Assembly (NCBI GenBank): GCA_965218095.1
Contig: OZ244587.1
Span: forward strand, 833,599-897,598
Direction of reading: 5' to 3'
DNA from: Candidatus Poribacteria bacterium
GTDB lineage: Bacteria > Poribacteria > WGA-4E > PCPOR2b
DNA: 64,000 nt
Part shown: piece by piece, positions 19,385-29,882 of the stretch
Layout: each line of letters opens with the position of its first letter
Position numbering within the stretch: position 1 is the stretch's first letter
The notes under the pieces: model-generated
Databases searched by the model: none
Seen by the model: the letters and a program-made list of their open reading frames with translations, nothing else
What the model was told of the DNA's origin: nothing
Made by a program: the position numbers and the translations under genes

Positions 19385-20548
19385 CTAATCGCCAGTCGCT
19401 TCATCGACGAGCGCCGGTTGGACTTTCATCCACTGTGTGACAATAAGGGTGATAAGCGCAACAGCCGCACCGCTGATAAAGATCACTTCGTATCCGAGTT
19501 TCATCCAGACCAAACCACCCACCAATGGCGCGGTCACCGCAGCAATGTGGTTCATAGTGACGCCCATCGCAAGCGTCGGCTTGAGATCGCTTTTGGGCGC
19601 AATCTTATTCACATAAGTCATCATCGCAATCCCACCCACAAACAGGAAATTATCAATGCAGTAGAGGAGATACAAATGATGAGGATTTTTCAACAGCGCG
19701 TATCCGACGAATACGAAGATTAAGCCGATATAGCTGGCACTCAACATAATGCGCTCGCCGAGTTTGTCCACAAGTTGTCCCATCAGTGGAGAAAAGAAAA
19801 AAACGATGACCTGATTAATCAGGATGAGCGTAATAATGATACTTCGATCAGTGCCGTACACCTTGACGAGCGCGAAAACGGCAAATGTAATAAAGATTTG
19901 CCTGCGACAGCCTTGCAAAAAGGACAGCAGGTAGTAGAGCCAGTAGCATTTTCTCAGCACAAAGCGGTTTTCGCGCTCTGCCTGTAGCTGACGTGAAGCG
20001 AACATCAAAGCGACGCCGCCGATGGCAACGCTCGCGCCGCCAATTTGAAATAACCCTTCAAATTCTAACATGTTTACGGCAAACATGCACAAAATAATCG
20101 CAGCTAACATCGAAAGGCTCTCGACGCTCCTCAAGCTACCAAGCCACTTTCCCTTCTCCTCTCCCTCCGAGTAAGAGAGCGCCATTGTTCCTTGCAGCGG
20201 GATCCATGCGTGAAACCCGATGCTCCACACAAACGAATAGATGAGGACGGCCAAAAAACTGTTCGCTTGCGAGTACAATGCCAAGCCGAATCCCATCACA
20301 ATAAGGGAAATCCCAGCGAGAATGGGTGGGGCGAAGTACATCATAATCGCGATAAAGAGTGCATTGAGGAAGCCGGGGACTTCCCGAAACGCTTCCATGT
20401 AGCCCAACTCATGTGCATCAATACCGATCCGCTCGACGATAAAATTATGAAAAAGCGAGAACTGAATGCCAAAAAATACGCCTGTGCCAAAGACAGCGCA
20501 CGCCAACAATCGGAAGTTACGATTCCAAGATAGTATCCAAGAGAGCAT
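19385..20548 (-). CDS. MFS transporter
   Basis: 387 aa with about 12 predicted TM helices and typical MFS loop motifs. Confidence 0.8.
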   Translation of the reverse strand: MLSWILSWNRNFRLLACAVFGTGVFFGIQFSLFHNFIVERIGIDAHELGYMEAFREVPGFLNALFIAIMMYFAPPILAGISLIVMGFGLALYSQANSFLAVLIYSFVWSIGFHAWIPLQGTMALSYSEGEEKGKWLGSLRSVESLSMLAAIILCMFAVNMLEFEGLFQIGGASVAIGGVALMFASRQLQAERENRFVLRKCYWLYYLLSFLQGCRRQIFITFAVFALVKVYGTDRSIIITLILINQVIVFFFSPLMGQLVDKLGERIMLSASYIGLIFVFVGYALLKNPHHLYLLYCIDNFLFVGGIAMMTYVNKIAPKSDLKPTLAMGVTMNHIAAVTAPLVGGLVWMKLGYEVIFISGAAVALITLIVTQWMKVQPALVDEATGD

Positions 20549-20643
20549 AGTTTTCCTTTATTTTTCATTTCGCACCAGTAACTATGTAGTCTGGAAAAGC
20601 CTAATCAGCACGATATTCCAATCTATTCTTCAGCAGCGTCCTT

Positions 20644-21476
20644 TAGGTTCTGTTGACATTTGAGTATAAGGTTGTGGCATAATAGAAGAATGATGCCAAT
20701 AACCTTACCCGATGACCAATGGAAAAAGATATACTCGTTTCTTCTAACTTGTCCCAACATCTATGTTGGCAACGAAGCGATAACACGCCGCTTTATCGAA
20801 ACTGTTCTCTGGGCGACCCGTAGCGGGGCTCAATGGCGGATTCTGCCAGACACCTATGGTAAATCGAACACCCTCTATAAGCGGTTTGCTCGGTGGTGCG
20901 ACAAAGGGGGCTTCACACAGATCCACCCCCACTTCGCCGCCGACCCCGATATCGAGTCGCTTATTGTGGACAGTACAATCATTCGAGCGCACCCGTGTGC
21001 GGCGGGTGCCGAAAAAAAAAGGGTGGCACTGAAAACCAAGCGTTAGGCTGCTCTCGCGGGGGATTCAGTACAAAAATTCACATCACCGTTGACGGCCTGG
21101 GTAATCCACTAAGAATACATCTGACGCCCGGTCAAAGAAACGACATAGCGGAAGCAGAAGGGTTGATACTTGGATATAAAAGCGAGTATGTGATTGGAGA
21201 CATGGAGACAAGGGATATGACTCCGACAATTTTATCGCGGTTATTGAGGCGAATGGAGCGATTGCGGTGATACCGCCCAAAAGTCATCGTGTGGATCAAA
21301 GAGATTACGACAAACATCTGTACAAAGAGAGACATCGGGTTGAATGTTTCATTAACAAGATAAAATGGTATCGCCGCATCTTCTCTCGGTTCGAGAAGTT
21401 ATCTATCCGTTATTTTGGATTTCTCAGCTTTGTCTCTACTCTTATATGGCTCCCTTGAAATGTCAACAGAACCTAG
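20644..21476 (+). mobile_element. IS5-family insertion sequence, copy B (degenerate)
   Basis: Same IRs as copy A. The left flank is ttag instead of ctag. The orfA/orfB arrangement has an A9G run. orfB is additionally disrupted by an 8-bp tandem duplication (tggagaca) inside the DKGYD motif. Confidence 0.85.
20660..21458 (+). pseudogene. IS5-family transposase orfA plus disrupted orfB (ORFs 20660-21046, 20893-21270, 21267-21458)
   Basis: More than 90% identical to the copy A transposase, but split into three frames. Confidence 0.85.
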
Positions 21477-21547
21477 TTAAAAGGCAAAGGAAGTGCTATC
21501 CTTTGAGAGAAGTTACTTATCTCGAATGAAAGAGAGGAAGCATTTCA

Positions 21548-22557
21548 ATGGAGTTATGTCAAAAGCGGAGTGCCGCTTTCGCACAAGAAGGAATCACGTC
21601 GCTGAATCTCGAAGACTTGCTGAGTGTGAGTTTCATTGTTATTGATGATTTGTATGAACACCATTTCCCCGATGGAATGCCCCATCGGGGTGTCCCCAAT
21701 AGCAACCTAGCCGACAGTGAAGTAATAACCATCGCTTGGGGCGGTGAGATGGTTGGCATTGATAGTCAACGGGTTAGTATAACCTTGTCAAAAAGGAGTT
21801 CTGCCATCTATTTCCGCATTTACCTGAGTGAACTCGATTTAATCGTCGGCGTCGTAATCTGTCGGGAGTAAGTGGAAAACTTAAACAAGCACTCAACGAT
21901 GAACTTCCGTTAAATGACATCTTCATTGTCGATAGCTTGGCTGTCCCCCTCTGTGACTTTAAGCGTGCGTATTCTTCCACATCGCCTCTCAAGTGTCAGT
22001 ACCTACAGGTATTGTGAAACCAAAGGATTGGGTACATTCTTAGGATTTCGCGTTCATCTAATCATCAAGGCGTACCCCTCGCTTTTTCCGTACCCAATGC
22101 CAATGTTGATGAGCGGGAGGTGCTTTCGACGATGTGTGAAACAGGCGATTATCCCCTGATAATTGGAGACAAAGGTTACATTTCAGACCCATTGAGTGAG
22201 ATGCTCCTTGAGTTGGATGGGATTCGCTTATTCGCTATCAAGCGTGAGAATCAGAAGTCACAACATACGCCACAACTCCGGCGGAATCTCAATCGGATTC
22301 GGAGACGAATTGAAACTACCATCAATCAACTCAATGCCCAGTTTCATCTCTGTCGAATCAGAGCGCGTTATCATTGGGGCATGTTGACCCGAATTATTGA
22401 TAAGCTAGCAGGGTTCAGCTTAGCAGTTTTGCTCAACCGCAGTCTAGGACGACCGCTTATGGAAATCAAAGACTTAGTTTTCGCATACCCTATATCAACT
22501 AGCACAAGTCGTAACTTAGTGATTTTACGTCTCTTCGCCATCATACGTCAAGGATAA
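21548..22557 (+). pseudogene. Degenerate IS982/IS4-like transposase remnant (several frameshifts)
   Basis: Fragments SNLADSEVITIAWGG, GFRVHLIIKA (in a different frame), IIGDKGYISD and RRIETTINQLNAQFH...LAGFSLAVLLN match DDE_Tnp_1 family transposases. Confidence 0.6.
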
Positions 22558-22696
22558 AATCGGGATAGAATGGCATCGATTTTCGTATTGCGTGATGAGT
22601 GAAACGTGATTTAATGCGCATTTCATATTGTGTAAAACGTAAATGACTCTCCTCTCCTCTCACCCACTTCCTCCCTCCTTCCATCTTTGGCTAAAT

Positions 22697-24866
22697 TTAT
22701 ATCTTCTTCTGCAATGCTGTGACCTTCGCCTTCAAGGCACGGTAGACATATTCGTTCATCACCGCAATCGCCCCGCGGTCGGACTGGTCACGAGTAACTC
22801 GTACATATGCTTCCAGTGCACGATGCGCGGTTGCTAGAGCAGTTTCGGTGTGCTGTAACGCTTCGGCGATTTTACCATCGGCTTCTGCTATCGCGGCAGA
22901 GCGGACGGCGGATATCATGTTCAGATAACCGATACCGAACTCCAGGCGGCCAATCTAGTAGTCCACATAACCTTGCCCTGACGATTGTACCTTCTGCCGC
23001 GCCCGGCATGCAGCATCCAACGCGCGTTGGTAGCCCTGGCGGACTTCGATCAGTTCAACAGGCATTGGTTAAGGCGTCCAGTGCTTCATCAACATCCCCG
23101 GCACAGGGAAGGTCAGCCCCAATCCGTGTGTTTCCAGCGCAACCGTCGTCGCCTCGACCTCACGAAACAGCGTCAGCATATCCGCGACACACGCCTCGCC
23201 GCACACAGCGCGGATTTGGTCACGGTAAATGGTAAATGGTATCGGGTGTTGTGTCCGCGTCCCACGCCGCTCGCCCAAGATATACAACACACGGGTCGTG
23301 GTCGGCGATTATCCAGTAGCGCGTCGAGAAACCCGCCCAACCGTGTCGGCGTAAGTCTTGGGTCAACTCGTGCAAGGAGCCAGTTGTCAATTGCGGCAGC
23401 ACACCCACGTTGTCGTCGTGGAGCGTGTAAATCAAGCTGCACGGGATGTCACGACTCGGAACGTTTTCGAGGGCTTCCCGCCGTTTCACAATGCGCGACG
23501 CGGTATAATCCACGAAGTTCAGCGTTTCGCAACCGTGAGGCACAAGCCATCCAAGTACCGGGAACAGTTCATCCGCTACGCTGTTGTAGAGAAGCTTCAT
23601 GTCAGGACGCTGAGTATCCTTGAGGATTTGTAGTTCATTGAGAAGTCAGTCGTAGAAGTAGAGGGCGACGATGTCGCCTTTGACCTCCTGTAGCGCGCGA
23701 TCTGCTCCACCGGGATAACCCGTGCGCTGCGCAGCACCCGTGAGGACGTCATCAAGCGAGCGTTGAGCCGAGATATTATACTTAGTGTCGAGCGCCCCCC
23801 ACGCTCGTTCATACAGCCCCAACCACTAGCGAAACTCCGGCATCCCCAACGCCACATAATCCGCTTCGAGATAGGTGTTCACCGTCGCCTGCAACACAGC
23901 GGCGGTGAGTTCAGTCAGTGCAGGGTTGTCTATGTCCGTCTCCGCGCTCGGCACAATGGTCAACTCAGACAATTGGTGTGCTTTCTGCGAATCCTTCAAC
24001 AGTGACGTAAACTCAGGGGAAAACTCTGTCAGCGTGGCGACGATGACACATTCTATCCCGCGGCGGTGCACGTGATCCATCAGGTTGTGCACCAGTTGTT
24101 CACCTGCCGCCATAAATTCGTCATAACTCGCTTCACGCGGCAGGTCAGGATTCCAGAATTCATCCGCATCTCCGAATAGGTGCCGCCCCACCATATCGTC
24201 GGTGATGGGGTAATGGAAATTAAACCACAGCGTCGCCGGACCCCGTTTGACCCCTTTGACCTCGTAGTGCACAAACGGGTGCCATGGCCATACGGACAGA
24301 AAGATACGGTTAAACTTGAGTTTAGCCAGTTGGTCGAGCACAAGGCGATAATCCGCCATGCCCCACGATTCGGGACCCCAGGCAAAGCAATTGATGACGC
24401 GCCACTGACGCACAGGCAGCGTCGGCTCCATCACGATGTCCACATCGGGTAAATGAAAGGCGTCAAGTTCTGGTAGCACGTCGCCATGCAACAGATAGCG
24501 CACACCCCAGCGTTCGACCAGTTCATATACCGCCTACAGCATCGTACGGGGACTGCCGCCCCCGACCAGCACCGAAGGGCGCTCCTGAAATTGCACGTGA
24601 CATAGGACGAGCCCCTGCTCACTAACTTGCGGAAACGGGGCGCCTTCGGTTGCACACTTGACGGCAAGGTTTGTGTCGGAACTGCCGATAAGAAAAAGTA
24701 CATCCGCTTCGGCAGTTGCGCTTGAGGTGGGGCAGGTACGGATGCCGAAGAGCTTTTCAAGATAGTCGCAGAGTTGCGCCGCAGCAAAGTGTTCCAGTTC
24801 AGGAGCATCCCCACCGACTACCACGGCGATTTTCACATTTTCGCTACCTGTCTGATCAATTTGCAT
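22697..24866 (-). pseudogene. Decayed glycoside-hydrolase-like gene (family uncertain)
   Basis: One minus-strand frame (ORFs 24534-24902, 23826-24503, 23220-23600) is interrupted by in-frame TAG (24534-24536), TAG (23826-23828) and TGA (23646-23648). A 7-bp tandem duplication (ggtaaat x2, 23224-23237) shifts the frame. A further in-frame TAA sits at 23069-23071. Confidence 0.7.
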
Positions 24867-24988
24867 GTGGATTTTCTCCTTGTATCTTGAGAGATGGTTC
24901 ATTTACTAATTTCCGTACCGGTCTTTACGCGCCGCTTACAGTTGACACAACCGATGCAAGTCTGTATGTCTTCCGTGCTTGTGTGACG

Positions 24989-25708
24989 CTATTCTCCCAA
25001 ATACGCCTGACGGACGCGCTCATCATCAAGGAGTTCAGCCGAAGTGCCTTCAATCGAGATTTCTCCAGTCTCCATAACGTAGCCACGATGTGTGACCTGT
25101 AAGGCGAGATGGGCGTTCTGTTCAACCAGAAGGATTGTTGTTCCTTGTTTATTAATCTGCTGGATAATCTCAAAGATCTGCTCGACGAGAATCGGCGCAA
25201 GGCCAAGCGAGGGTTCATCAAGGAGCAGGAGACGTGGATGGGACATCAGCGCACGTCCGATTGCGAGCATCTGCTGTTCGCCGCCGCTTAACGTGCCGCC
25301 GTGCTGCCTTCTTCGTTCACACAAGACCGGAAAGAGATCGAAAACCTGCTCAAGGTCTTCTTTGATGACAGGCGTGTCCTTCCGCCGGAATGCGCCAAGT
25401 TCAAGATTCTCTAACACCGTCATTTCGGGGAAAATCAGCCTGCCCTCGGGAACCTGGGAAATCCCCAATTCAACTCGCTTCTCTGCTGAAACATTGCTCA
25501 GATCTTGCGCTTCAAAGGTAATTATCCCTTCTACGGGACGGTGAATTCCTGAAATCGTCATCAGTGTCGTCGATTTACCCGCCCCGTTTGCGCCGATCAG
25601 ACAAACCATCTCCCCCGCTTCAACGTGGAGCGAAACGCCTCTGACAGCGCAGATATTGCCGTAGTAGGTGTGGATATCATGAAGTTCAAGCATCATAAGA
25701 TTTTCCAA
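24989..25708 (-). CDS. livF: Branched-chain amino acid ABC transporter ATP-binding protein (LivF-type)
   Basis: GANGAGKST, LSGGEQQMLAIGRAL, LLLDEPSLGLAP; 239 aa. Confidence 0.85.
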   Translation of the reverse strand: MENLMMLELHDIHTYYGNICAVRGVSLHVEAGEMVCLIGANGAGKSTTLMTISGIHRPVEGIITFEAQDLSNVSAEKRVELGISQVPEGRLIFPEMTVLENLELGAFRRKDTPVIKEDLEQVFDLFPVLCERRRQHGGTLSGGEQQMLAIGRALMSHPRLLLLDEPSLGLAPILVEQIFEIIQQINKQGTTILLVEQNAHLALQVTHRGYVMETGEISIEGTSAELLDDERVRQAYLGE

Positions 25709-26468
25709 GGTAGGCTTTGATCACCCGTTCATCGTTCTGCACCACTTCAGGTTGACCGTGACTAATCTTTTCGCCGTGATCGATCACAGTGACCCAGTCC
25801 GAAATTTGCATGACCACCTTCATGTCATGTTCGATAAGCAAAATGGTGATACCACGTACACGAATTGCATAAATGAGATCCATCAGACGCTGCGTTTCTT
25901 GCGGGTTCATCCCCGCCGCAGGCTCATCTAAGAGGAGCAGTGTTGGTTCTGTGGCTAAAGCCCGCGCAATCTCAATTCGCCGCTGATCGCCGTAAGAGAG
26001 ATTGCCTGCGAGCTGATCGTTATACCCGTCCAATGCGACAAATTCGAGCGCATCAAATGCTTCTTCCGTGATCTCTGCTTCTTCTTGACGCTGTTTTTTG
26101 TGACGGCTGATTGCTCCCCAAAAATGGCTCTTTGATTGGCAGTGTCTACCGATCTTCACATTATCCAGGACGGTGAGTTGAGAAAACAGGCGGATGTTTT
26201 GAAAGGTCCGCGCCATTCCAATTGCCGCAATCTGATCCGGACGCAGACCAATTATGCTTCGATCTTGAAACTTGACCCTCCCTTCGGTTGGGCGTTCAAG
26301 TCCCGTGATACAGTTGAACAATGTCGTTTTTCCCGCGCCGTTAGGGCCAATGAGACTAGCAATCTGTCCTTGTTGCACAGACAAATCGATCTTTGACAGG
26401 GCAACCACGCCGCCAAAATGTTTGGTGAGGTTGGTGATTTCAAGAATGGGTGTGGTCGTATTCATCAT
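25686..26468 (-). CDS. livG: Branched-chain amino acid ABC transporter ATP-binding protein (LivG-type)
   Basis: MMNTTTPILEITNLTKHFGG...GPNGAGKTT...LSYGDQRRIEIARAL. Start at MMNTT; the 284-aa ORF-track start is less likely. No permease or binding-protein genes adjacent. Confidence 0.82.
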   Translation of the reverse strand: MMNTTTPILEITNLTKHFGGVVALSKIDLSVQQGQIASLIGPNGAGKTTLFNCITGLERPTEGRVKFQDRSIIGLRPDQIAAIGMARTFQNIRLFSQLTVLDNVKIGRHCQSKSHFWGAISRHKKQRQEEAEITEEAFDALEFVALDGYNDQLAGNLSYGDQRRIEIARALATEPTLLLLDEPAAGMNPQETQRLMDLIYAIRVRGITILLIEHDMKVVMQISDWVTVIDHGEKISHGQPEVVQNDERVIKAYLGKSYDA

Positions 26469-26526
26469 TCGTATAAAGGAACGAAACACCTTCTGTTGCT
26501 TCCTTTCCTTCCAATTGCAAAGTGTT

Positions 26527-26916
26527 TTAGGGCTCTGCACGCTTCGCTTCCTGCATCATGGTAGCAAACATCATGATATCTTGTTGAAAATCCTCCGTAA
26601 AATCTTCTGCTTTCTTTACTGTGGCAAAACGATTGAATACCGTCTCTAATGCCTGGAGGAATTGCTCTGACTTGCCTTCATCCTGTACCTCCTGCTTCAT
26701 CTGCTGAAGAACTTTCATCTTAGCCGCTTCTTCTCGTTCTGCTAGTACTTCCTGGATTGATTTGTCAAAAGTGATCTGAAGCGTTTCAACGATATGATAC
26801 GCCATTGAGCGGTTATACTTCTGCGCGTCCCGTTTTGTGCCTTCATAAATATCATGAGGTAGTAACAGGCTAATTTGTTTTTTTAGGGAATGTTTAGATT
26901 GGCGGTATTCTTTCAT
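26527..26916 (-). CDS. Ribbon-helix-helix (CopG/Arc/MetJ-like) domain protein
   Basis: KKQISLLLPHDIYEGTKRDAQKYNRSMAYHIVETL is RHH-like; helical C-terminus. Upstream is an AT-rich promoter region (26917-27053). Confidence 0.55.
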   Translation of the reverse strand: MKEYRQSKHSLKKQISLLLPHDIYEGTKRDAQKYNRSMAYHIVETLQITFDKSIQEVLAEREEAAKMKVLQQMKQEVQDEGKSEQFLQALETVFNRFATVKKAEDFTEDFQQDIMMFATMMQEAKRAEP

Positions 26917-27053
26917 TAAAATTCTCGGTGCTTTATGATGTTACATAATATGTTGAAATTTACAAGTTAAATTATTGAATTTATTATACCATAAAAAAAC
27001 GCAAGTGTGTGGAAAAATTTACAACAAAAATAATATGCCTAATTTTACAAGAT

Positions 27054-27959
27054 TTACTCCCATGATATGCTTTCCATAGTTATGGATAAATCATGTTCTG
27101 TAGGCATAGTATAAATTGCCGTTGTATTCACACTTGAATGTCCTAATATTTTCGCAACTCTATCAATTGGTTGTCCAGCATCAATTAAATTCTTGGCGCA
27201 GGTATGCCTAAACACGTGTGGAGACAGATGCTTTATCTTGGCTATATAGGCATGTTTCTGAATGATATAGCGCACCCCACGATCTGTCAACGGCATCCGT
27301 TTTTGTCCGTAAAACAGAAACCGTTCCCGCTCTGGATTTGCACCTGTTATCAATGTGGCTTGTTTATCTTCAAGCGACTCCAAGTAATCCTTTAGGATGC
27401 GCACCGCAGTTGAGTTTAACGGGATATTCCGCTGTTTAGTCCCTTTGCCTTCACGAACAGTAATCATATTACTATTTTCAGACAAAGTAACATCAGAAAC
27501 TCTTAAATTACAAAGCTCACTAACGCGCACGCCTGTATGGAGCAGCATTGTGATAATCGCCAGATCCCTGATATTCCCTGATTTACGCACGGCCCTGAGC
27601 AATGCGAGTTGCTCCTTACGCGCCAACGACCGCGGACCAAGCGGTTCCTCAGTGACAGCGCGTATGCCGTCAACAGGGTTATTCGGAATGAGATCGTTCT
27701 GTTGCGCCCATTGACAAAAACTAGAAATACTCATTAGACTGCGATTAATTGTTGACGGCTTTTTGCCCCAATCAAGCATTGCATTTCGATAGTCGATTAC
27801 GTCCATCGGTGTAATGCTTTCTGGGTGCAGCGGTTCCCCGGTCGCGAGCTGAAACCAATGTGAAAATGAGCGGAGATCCGCCATGTAAGCTTTAATGGTT
27901 TGCTCGGATTTATCTTGATCATGCAGAGAATCGCGATAATCTTGTGATAGATTGTCCAT
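27054..27959 (-). CDS. Tyrosine site-specific recombinase/integrase (XerC/XerD-like, SAM-like N-terminal domain)
   Basis: 301 aa. Box motifs ...TGVRVSEL..., HVFRHTCAKNLIDAG, LGHSSVNTTAIYT (catalytic R-H-R-Y). Confidence 0.88.
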   Translation of the reverse strand: MDNLSQDYRDSLHDQDKSEQTIKAYMADLRSFSHWFQLATGEPLHPESITPMDVIDYRNAMLDWGKKPSTINRSLMSISSFCQWAQQNDLIPNNPVDGIRAVTEEPLGPRSLARKEQLALLRAVRKSGNIRDLAIITMLLHTGVRVSELCNLRVSDVTLSENSNMITVREGKGTKQRNIPLNSTAVRILKDYLESLEDKQATLITGANPERERFLFYGQKRMPLTDRGVRYIIQKHAYIAKIKHLSPHVFRHTCAKNLIDAGQPIDRVAKILGHSSVNTTAIYTMPTEHDLSITMESISWE

Positions 27960-27973
27960 TTTTTGATGTCTCC

Positions 27974-28098
27974 TTATCGGACATTTTTTTTAAGAAGTGG
28001 GCTATTATCAAGGTTAAAACGTCCTGATTCAGAGAATCGTTTCATTTATCGGACATTTTTCAGGCGGGTTATGTCCGATAAGAATACTTATCGGACAT
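27974..28098. repeat. Cluster of TTATCGGACAT repeats: two direct copies plus a perfect inverted-repeat core (candidate recombination/att site of the adjacent integrase)
   Basis: ttatcggacat at 27974-27984 and 28046-28056. Palindrome atgtccgata-agaatact-tatcggacat at 28071-28098 (10-bp arms, 8-bp spacer). It lies 15-140 bp upstream of the integrase start. Confidence 0.6.
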
Positions 28099-29045
28099 TT
28101 TAGTATAAATATCGGGAGCATGTCTCAAATTGGCACGGTTTTTGGTTGATAGAAAACGGGAAAACAAAATTCTCAAACCGCTACCTAAGTCCGCCAATGA
28201 GAATCCTATTGGTTGTTGAGTATCAATTGCCTCAAGCAAAGCACGTGCTCTGCGCCTTTCCTGTTCCCGTTTTGTCCCCGTAACTTTGGTCGGTGGCAGA
28301 CCAACAACTCAATGGCTTTCTCGGCGAAAACAGAGCTGATGAAATAGCGCTTGTCTCTTTTCGCTTGGTAATCGACGATTAAACCAAGATTCCGCCAGAT
28401 GTATTGAAACAGAACGGGGAGGCGGGGTTCCCCTATACCTGGCGTGGAACGATGGTCTGTACGAGACTAACCTCGAAGCCACTGACAGCGCCAAGCCGGT
28501 TAAAGATGAGGAATACCGAAAGCGAAATCTCGGACGAGGGCTACCCGCAGGGCCGCTACATGCGGAACCTGACGCCCCGGAGATCCTCGCCACCTTCGTC
28601 TCAACGCGAGCTTACCACTGGCATGTGGTCGGCGAACCGGTCAGGGAGTTTGAAGATCTGCTGCTTGCCGTGGAGCTAGATCCTGTCTGCCCGGCGTATC
28701 AAAGTAACATGGTCAAAATCTGGCCGCGAGTCCGCCAGATGATTAAGAGTGCGAGGGCATTGTCGGCGAAGAAGTCATGTTGGTAGCGATGCGCGAACAG
28801 AAGCAGCAACGTGCCTACGAGCAGGCGAGAGCGGAGGCCGAAGCCCAGATGGTCGGATTAAACGACAAAGCAGCATTCCGGACGCGAAGCAGATCACTGG
28901 CAATCGGCTTCGCCACGCGCTAATTCTCAATGACTAAAATCTGGCGTAACAGGGTGAGAATCTGTTATACTTTATTTAAGGTTGATGTAGATTTGAGAAC
29001 CAACCCACGCGACTGTGGATTTTTCGTTGAACGGAGGACAATGGA

Positions 29046-29231
29046 ATGTCGGCGCAAGGTGGGACGTATATTCTTCGCGACCCTGAGGCCGGACAGATCA
29101 TGCGAACAGGGCGTACGAAAGACCTAGAGCGTTGAGCAAACGAACACAGAAGATTGGAGGAAGCAGCAGATTTAGAGTTCGTGGTCGATCGACGGACTGA
29201 TGTTTATGCTGCACAGCGTAGTCGGGAATAA
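29046..29231 (+). pseudogene. GIY-YIG nuclease-domain remnant with an internal TGA
   Basis: MSAQGGTYILRDPEAGQIMRTGRTKDLER-TGA-ANEHRRLEEA... matches GIY-x10-YIG...R...E; the stop sits where the family has a conserved Arg. Confidence 0.35.
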
Positions 29232-29882
29232 ATCCTCCACGAGAAATATCGACCATCACTGAACAAGCTTGCGCCGACTCACGCGAAAAATTAGGGATCA
29301 ACTTAACGAAAATACCTCTTTCTTCCTTGATGCTTACTTTTACCCACAAGTTTTCAACCTCCCCCGCTACGCGGGATCTTGCTCCGCTAGAGACTTGCCG
29401 GACTGTTCAGATCGGCCGAAACCCTGATTCATCGGGCGCCGTTTTCTGTAGCTCGGCGACTTCATCGCCGAGCGAAAAGATCTGGGTAAAAGTAAGACAT
29501 TGTGGAGAGGGGGTTAGGGAGTGAGTCCCGGAGAATTAACGTAAATGACCCTATGCTTTTATGCTTTCGTGAAAGGAACTCAAAATGGACAAGAAAGAAA
29601 ACTCGCATCCCAAGTAATCAGATTGCTTCCGTTGAACAGATCGAAGATCTGCAACGCCTCATCATTTCTACTGAGGGCGCAAATTTAAGCAACGACGATT
29701 TCAAAGTCATCAACGGTCAACGGACATGTTTCAGACAAGAAACTGAATCTCTCTGACCATGCTATGCGCGACATCACTCAGATTCATACAAGGGTAGGCT
29801 GGCACCTACCAAATTTACGGGGCCAGTGGGAAGTTGGTTCGCCGACACAGAATGAGCGCGTCATCAATTTGGGTGCTTCAAT

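Noticed and set aside
22985-23623. 212-aa plus-strand ORF, plus neighbouring plus-strand ORFs between 22807 and 24452
   Set aside because: Arg-rich, low-complexity translation lying antisense to the decayed glycoside-hydrolase pseudogene; there is no protein signature.
26469-26540. 24-aa N-terminal extension of livG (MQSPKTLCNWKERKQQKVFRSFIR)
   Set aside because: It overlaps the end of the upstream RHH gene and is not part of LivG-family N-termini.
28404-28679. 91-aa ORF MKQNGEAGFPYTWRG... and the minus-strand ORF 28309-28593
   Set aside because: Neither has a family signature or RBS. A different frame (RGGVPLYLAWNDG...MIKSARALSAKK) gives the more protein-like translation, but without a start codon; the region is treated as decayed element cargo.
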